Shown: one piece after another, positions 60,493-64,000 of the stretch | Layout of the letters: every line of letters starts with the position of its first letter | Numbering within the stretch: position 1 is the first letter of the stretch | Assembly: GCA_008632985.1 (NCBI GenBank) | Contig: QPGO01000239.1 | Span: forward strand, 1-64,000 | Direction: 5' to 3' | DNA: 64,000 nucleotides | From: Psammoneis japonica | Lineage: Eukaryota | Made by a program: the position numbers and the translations under genes | The notes under the pieces: generated by a model | Seen by the model: only the letters and a program-made list of their open reading frames with translations | What the model was told of the DNA's origin: nothing | The model's database searches: none

Positions 60493-62224
60493 ATGACGAA
60501 AAAACAAGTCTCTAGAACCCTTCGTCGTTTGTTGCAGGCGGCAAGAGGGAGGCATGTTCCAGGTGGCGCAGCTGCGCTTTCATCTCAGTCCACCAATGTG
60601 AATGCTGCGTCCCCTTCTTTCCCGCAGCTTCCTTGTTTTTCTCTTTGTCGAGAGCACATTGGAAATATGTCATCCAATAGAGAACCGCCATCACCAGATG
60701 ACTTTCACTCGAGGCTTTGTCAAATGATTCGCGCCGCCAAGTACAGAGTACAGCTTGCTTCTCTTTACGTTGGTGCGGCTTCATCCGGTGTGGATGCTCC
60801 AAAAGAACGGGAACTACTAGATGCTCTCAAGGATGCATCGTCCCGACCTGAAGTAAATGTCACTGTGCTGATGGATGAAAATCGTGCTCTCCGCCAAATA
60901 AGGCAAAACCAAAAAAACAGCGCCACGTCCTCTGCTGAAGCCGTGCATAAGTGCCTGGGATCGACATATCAAAATAATGGTGGAGACTGTAACTTTCAAG
61001 GAGGCGTCTATTTGTTCCAGGCATTAAACGAGTTCAAGACGTTGCTTCCGTCTCCTTTAAACGAGGTTGCTGGTGTGATGCACATCAAGGTAGGAACGAG
61101 AAAGACCCCCTTCTCATGTTTTGCCCAACAGTTCAGTGTGGCTCAACTCTGTTTCTTGCCAACGATCCTTGCCATGCTAGGCTTACATTGTTGACGACTC
61201 ACTAATTCTATCTGGAGCCAACCTAAGTGAAGAATATTTTGAAGATCGTCAGGATCGTTATATGCAGTTCGATGAAGGAGGAGGCGGGCTGGTGGACTTT
61301 TATTCGAAACTTATCGAGATTCTCTGTCGGTTTGCAAGCCCGTATACAGGGAGCCCAACGAAAGCGACGAAACCAACTAAAAAGAGCAAAGACGAATTGC
61401 TTGTATCGCTATCGGATCTCTTTGATGGATCAAATGGCGACGACGTGAACGACGATAGCTGCAATGCAACCGTGGGGTACGCAATTCCGACGTTTCAAGC
61501 GCCGTTGAACTTCTTTTCCATTCCAATGCCCTTTCCTTCCGATGTTCAGGTGACACGCAACCTGATGTTGACAGCCTTGGAAGACGACCCTGCGTCGTTT
61601 GCTCGTCTTTCGAGCGCCTATCTCAATCCAACTCGCTCCCTCATGTCGGTACTTTCTCGTTTTGGAACAACTCCGTCACCGAGCGGTGCTTTTGGAGCCG
61701 CTCAGTTGTTGACTGCCGGAGGAGTTAGTCATGGGTTTGCCCCAAAGACAAAGAAACGAGAAAGCCATGGGAGTGGACGGGATTGGATCCCAATGGTATT
61801 CGAAGAACTGACACGTGAGGCTGCTCATCACATTATCCCGCAGGGTGGAAAGATTCTCGTCTACGAGAGACCAGAGTGGACATTTCATTCCAAAGGGCTG
61901 TGGCTGAGTACAAGTAGTGGCGGAAGAGGATATGAATGCAAATCCAATCAAGACGAAATTCATATTGCCGACGCCAAGAATCTTGTCGCGTCCATTATTG
62001 GGTCTGGAAACTATGGTGCACGAAGTGAGGATCTCGATATTGAGAGCAATTGCATTTTACTTTTGCCAGACGATTCACCGCTAAAGGAATCACTGGCGCA
62101 CGAATGGAATTCCATGTGCAGCTTTGCGACCGAGTGGGATGGAAACCTCGTCAAGAGCCAAAATGAATCCACCTCACCCTTTCCAGTTAGAGCTGCGCTA
62201 CCGTACATTAGGAATCTGTTTTGA
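60493..62224 (+). CDS. PGS1: Phosphatidylglycerophosphate synthase (PLD superfamily); intron 61090-61180
   Basis: RVQLASLYVG, MDENRA, spliced GVMHIKAYIVDD...SGANLSEEYF..RQDRY, WTFHSKGLW, GSGNYGARS..LDIE. Confidence 0.9.
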
Positions 62225-63041
62225 AGTCGCGTGCTTTGCCAACTTCAAGGGCCTTGTACTTGAAATTTACCGCGAAACTCTAAATAGGAGGAAGATGGAT
62301 GTCAATTTTTTTGCAACACGAGACTGGCAAGGCTCCGAGATTCTCGCTCCGATTGAATAGTAGTTAGCCTACTACTATCTCACAACTACGTACTCTATGT
62401 ACAGTACCTCTCTATTCCTTACTACTCTAGCTAGTAGATAGAGCTTTACCGGGACCCTACTGCCCTACACAGCTCAAAGATCTGAGATTGAAATACGGAA
62501 ATTTTCGATGTGATTATTCTGTACTTCATGTCTGATTAAAAAATATATATGAAAAAGCATCTTTTTTCTTTTTTCCTCGTCGCGAGGTCTTGCGAGTTCT
62601 CACCCTTTGTTGTCGTCGTCGCCTCTCGTTGTCGAGCGACGTTGTCTTGTGTTTTGTTCTGTTGAGGAACGGATCAGGTTTGGTATTCATACTAGTACTG
62701 TCGTTGCAACGGCATTGCTGTAAAAGGCGCTTGCTGTCTAAAAAAGCTATTCATGCCGAAGTGGCTAAAAAAGAGCGGCTCACCCAAAAAGAGCTCAGCA
62801 TCAAAGGAAGAGCAGGTGAGAATCTTTGGAAGATCTTTTTCTGCGCCACGTTTCGATCGATCTGACGTGCAACTCAGTACGATTTCTACGTGCAACCTGA
62901 GCTTTCTCACATATGCTCTTCTGAATTCATTAATTCTCAAACTCTTTTGATTAGTCGACGGATAGTGCTAGCGTTGAAGGCCCAAGGGAAATACCAAGCA
63001 CACCCTCGGACAACACCGTGCGTGTTGACAACACAACTGGT

Positions 63042-64000
63042 ATGAGTACTACTAGTAGTCAATCAGGACGTTCGAAAAAATCATCTCGGTATATTGCTGG
63101 GAATCCCGAGGAACGGCTTGCCGCGTTGGAAAAGGATTATGCGCGTCTCAAGGACCAATTTCTCGAAGAGAAAGGAGCGAAACGCAAGCTCTACTCGTCT
63201 CTTGTAAAGTTAGCCAGTCAGATGAAACGGATGCAACGTGATCAGGGTCCTCTTGTAGAGGCGGCAGATTATGCAAACCAAACGTGGTATGAGGGTGGCA
63301 TGTGGCGTGCTCCGCAAATTTTGCCGGGCGTATCCAAAGCAAAGTCCAAAAGCGAGGCTAGCCATCCGATTCGTCAACCCATTTCTCTTTCTGAATTATT
63401 CTTTGACCTAATTATCGTCATGGCGTTTACTCGGGTCGGTACATCCGTGTCGAACCGGCTCACCATTGATGGACCCGTTCTTGCGTATTTTGCAATTTTC
63501 TGGACCATTTGGAGCAAGGAGGCGTCGTATGGCACAAGGTTTGATACTACCGACTTGTCGGCACAGGTTTCAACGCTGCTCACGTGCTTTGCCGTCTTGT
63601 TTGGGTCTCTTTCGACAACCGAAGATTTTCAATCGGAGGACTCGACTCGCATGATGGCTGTTGCTGGCTTTGTGGCTGTCTTGCATTTATTGCTTCATAT
63701 TCGTGTGGCTCATTGGTATCTTGATTCTCCCAAGGGGTCGGTGGAGCATCATGTACGAAGTTATGCCGTTTACAATATCGTTATGAACTCGTTGGAGGCA
63801 GTAACGTGGGGTATTGGTATCTTTTTCGTGGGTCAAGAATCAAAAGTCCGTTGGGTCATTTTTCTTGTAGGAATTATCCTGTCTCTTCGAGTGCCTCGAG
63901 CTTTTCTTGCCAATGACTTTCATGGTACGTTTGAAAAGTTGCTGTTGTGTATTCTACGAAACTCCACGGATCTGACCTTGACGATTCTTCTATAGGCGCT
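63042..64000 (+). CDS. Low-temperature requirement A (LtrA)-like membrane protein with N-terminal coiled coil; intron 63925-63995; truncated by window end
   Basis: SELFFDLIIV..F and W..W......TRFD..D motifs; multiple TM helices. Confidence 0.82.

Overview
Eukaryotic genomic DNA, most likely a diatom (short GT-AG introns, bipartite plastid-targeting presequences, diatom-type retroelements). The window alternates between ordinary gene islands (~4.6-6.7, 11.3-27.0, 43.4-47.0, 50.5-53.3, 54.6-64 kb; about 19 genes) and five sharply bounded blocks (~1-4.5, 6.7-11.2, 27.0-43.3, 47.0-50.4, 53.4-54.6 kb) of transposon remnants and duplicated host DNA. These blocks carry a distinctive mutational signature. 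CpG is eroded to TpG/CpA, as expected for methylated DNA. TpA is also almost erased by A>G/T>C transitions with a TAY/RTA preference, and surviving TpA sits mostly in TTAA/TTAG/CTAA/CTAG. Internal duplications give the direction of change: an intact thioredoxin-reductase exon can be aligned to its mutated copy. A glycosyltransferase ORF has lost almost all Tyr codons while keeping its CpGs, which separates the A>G process from 5mC decay. This looks like a domain-restricted, RIP-like adenine hypermutation system; the mechanism is inference. Other notable items: a very young 607-bp TRIM-like mini LTR element, a signal-peptide Trx-NTR fusion with reversed domain order, an intron-split metzincin, a Crinkler-like nuclease-fold gene and several unmutated tandem repeats. 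All counts are by eye and approximate.
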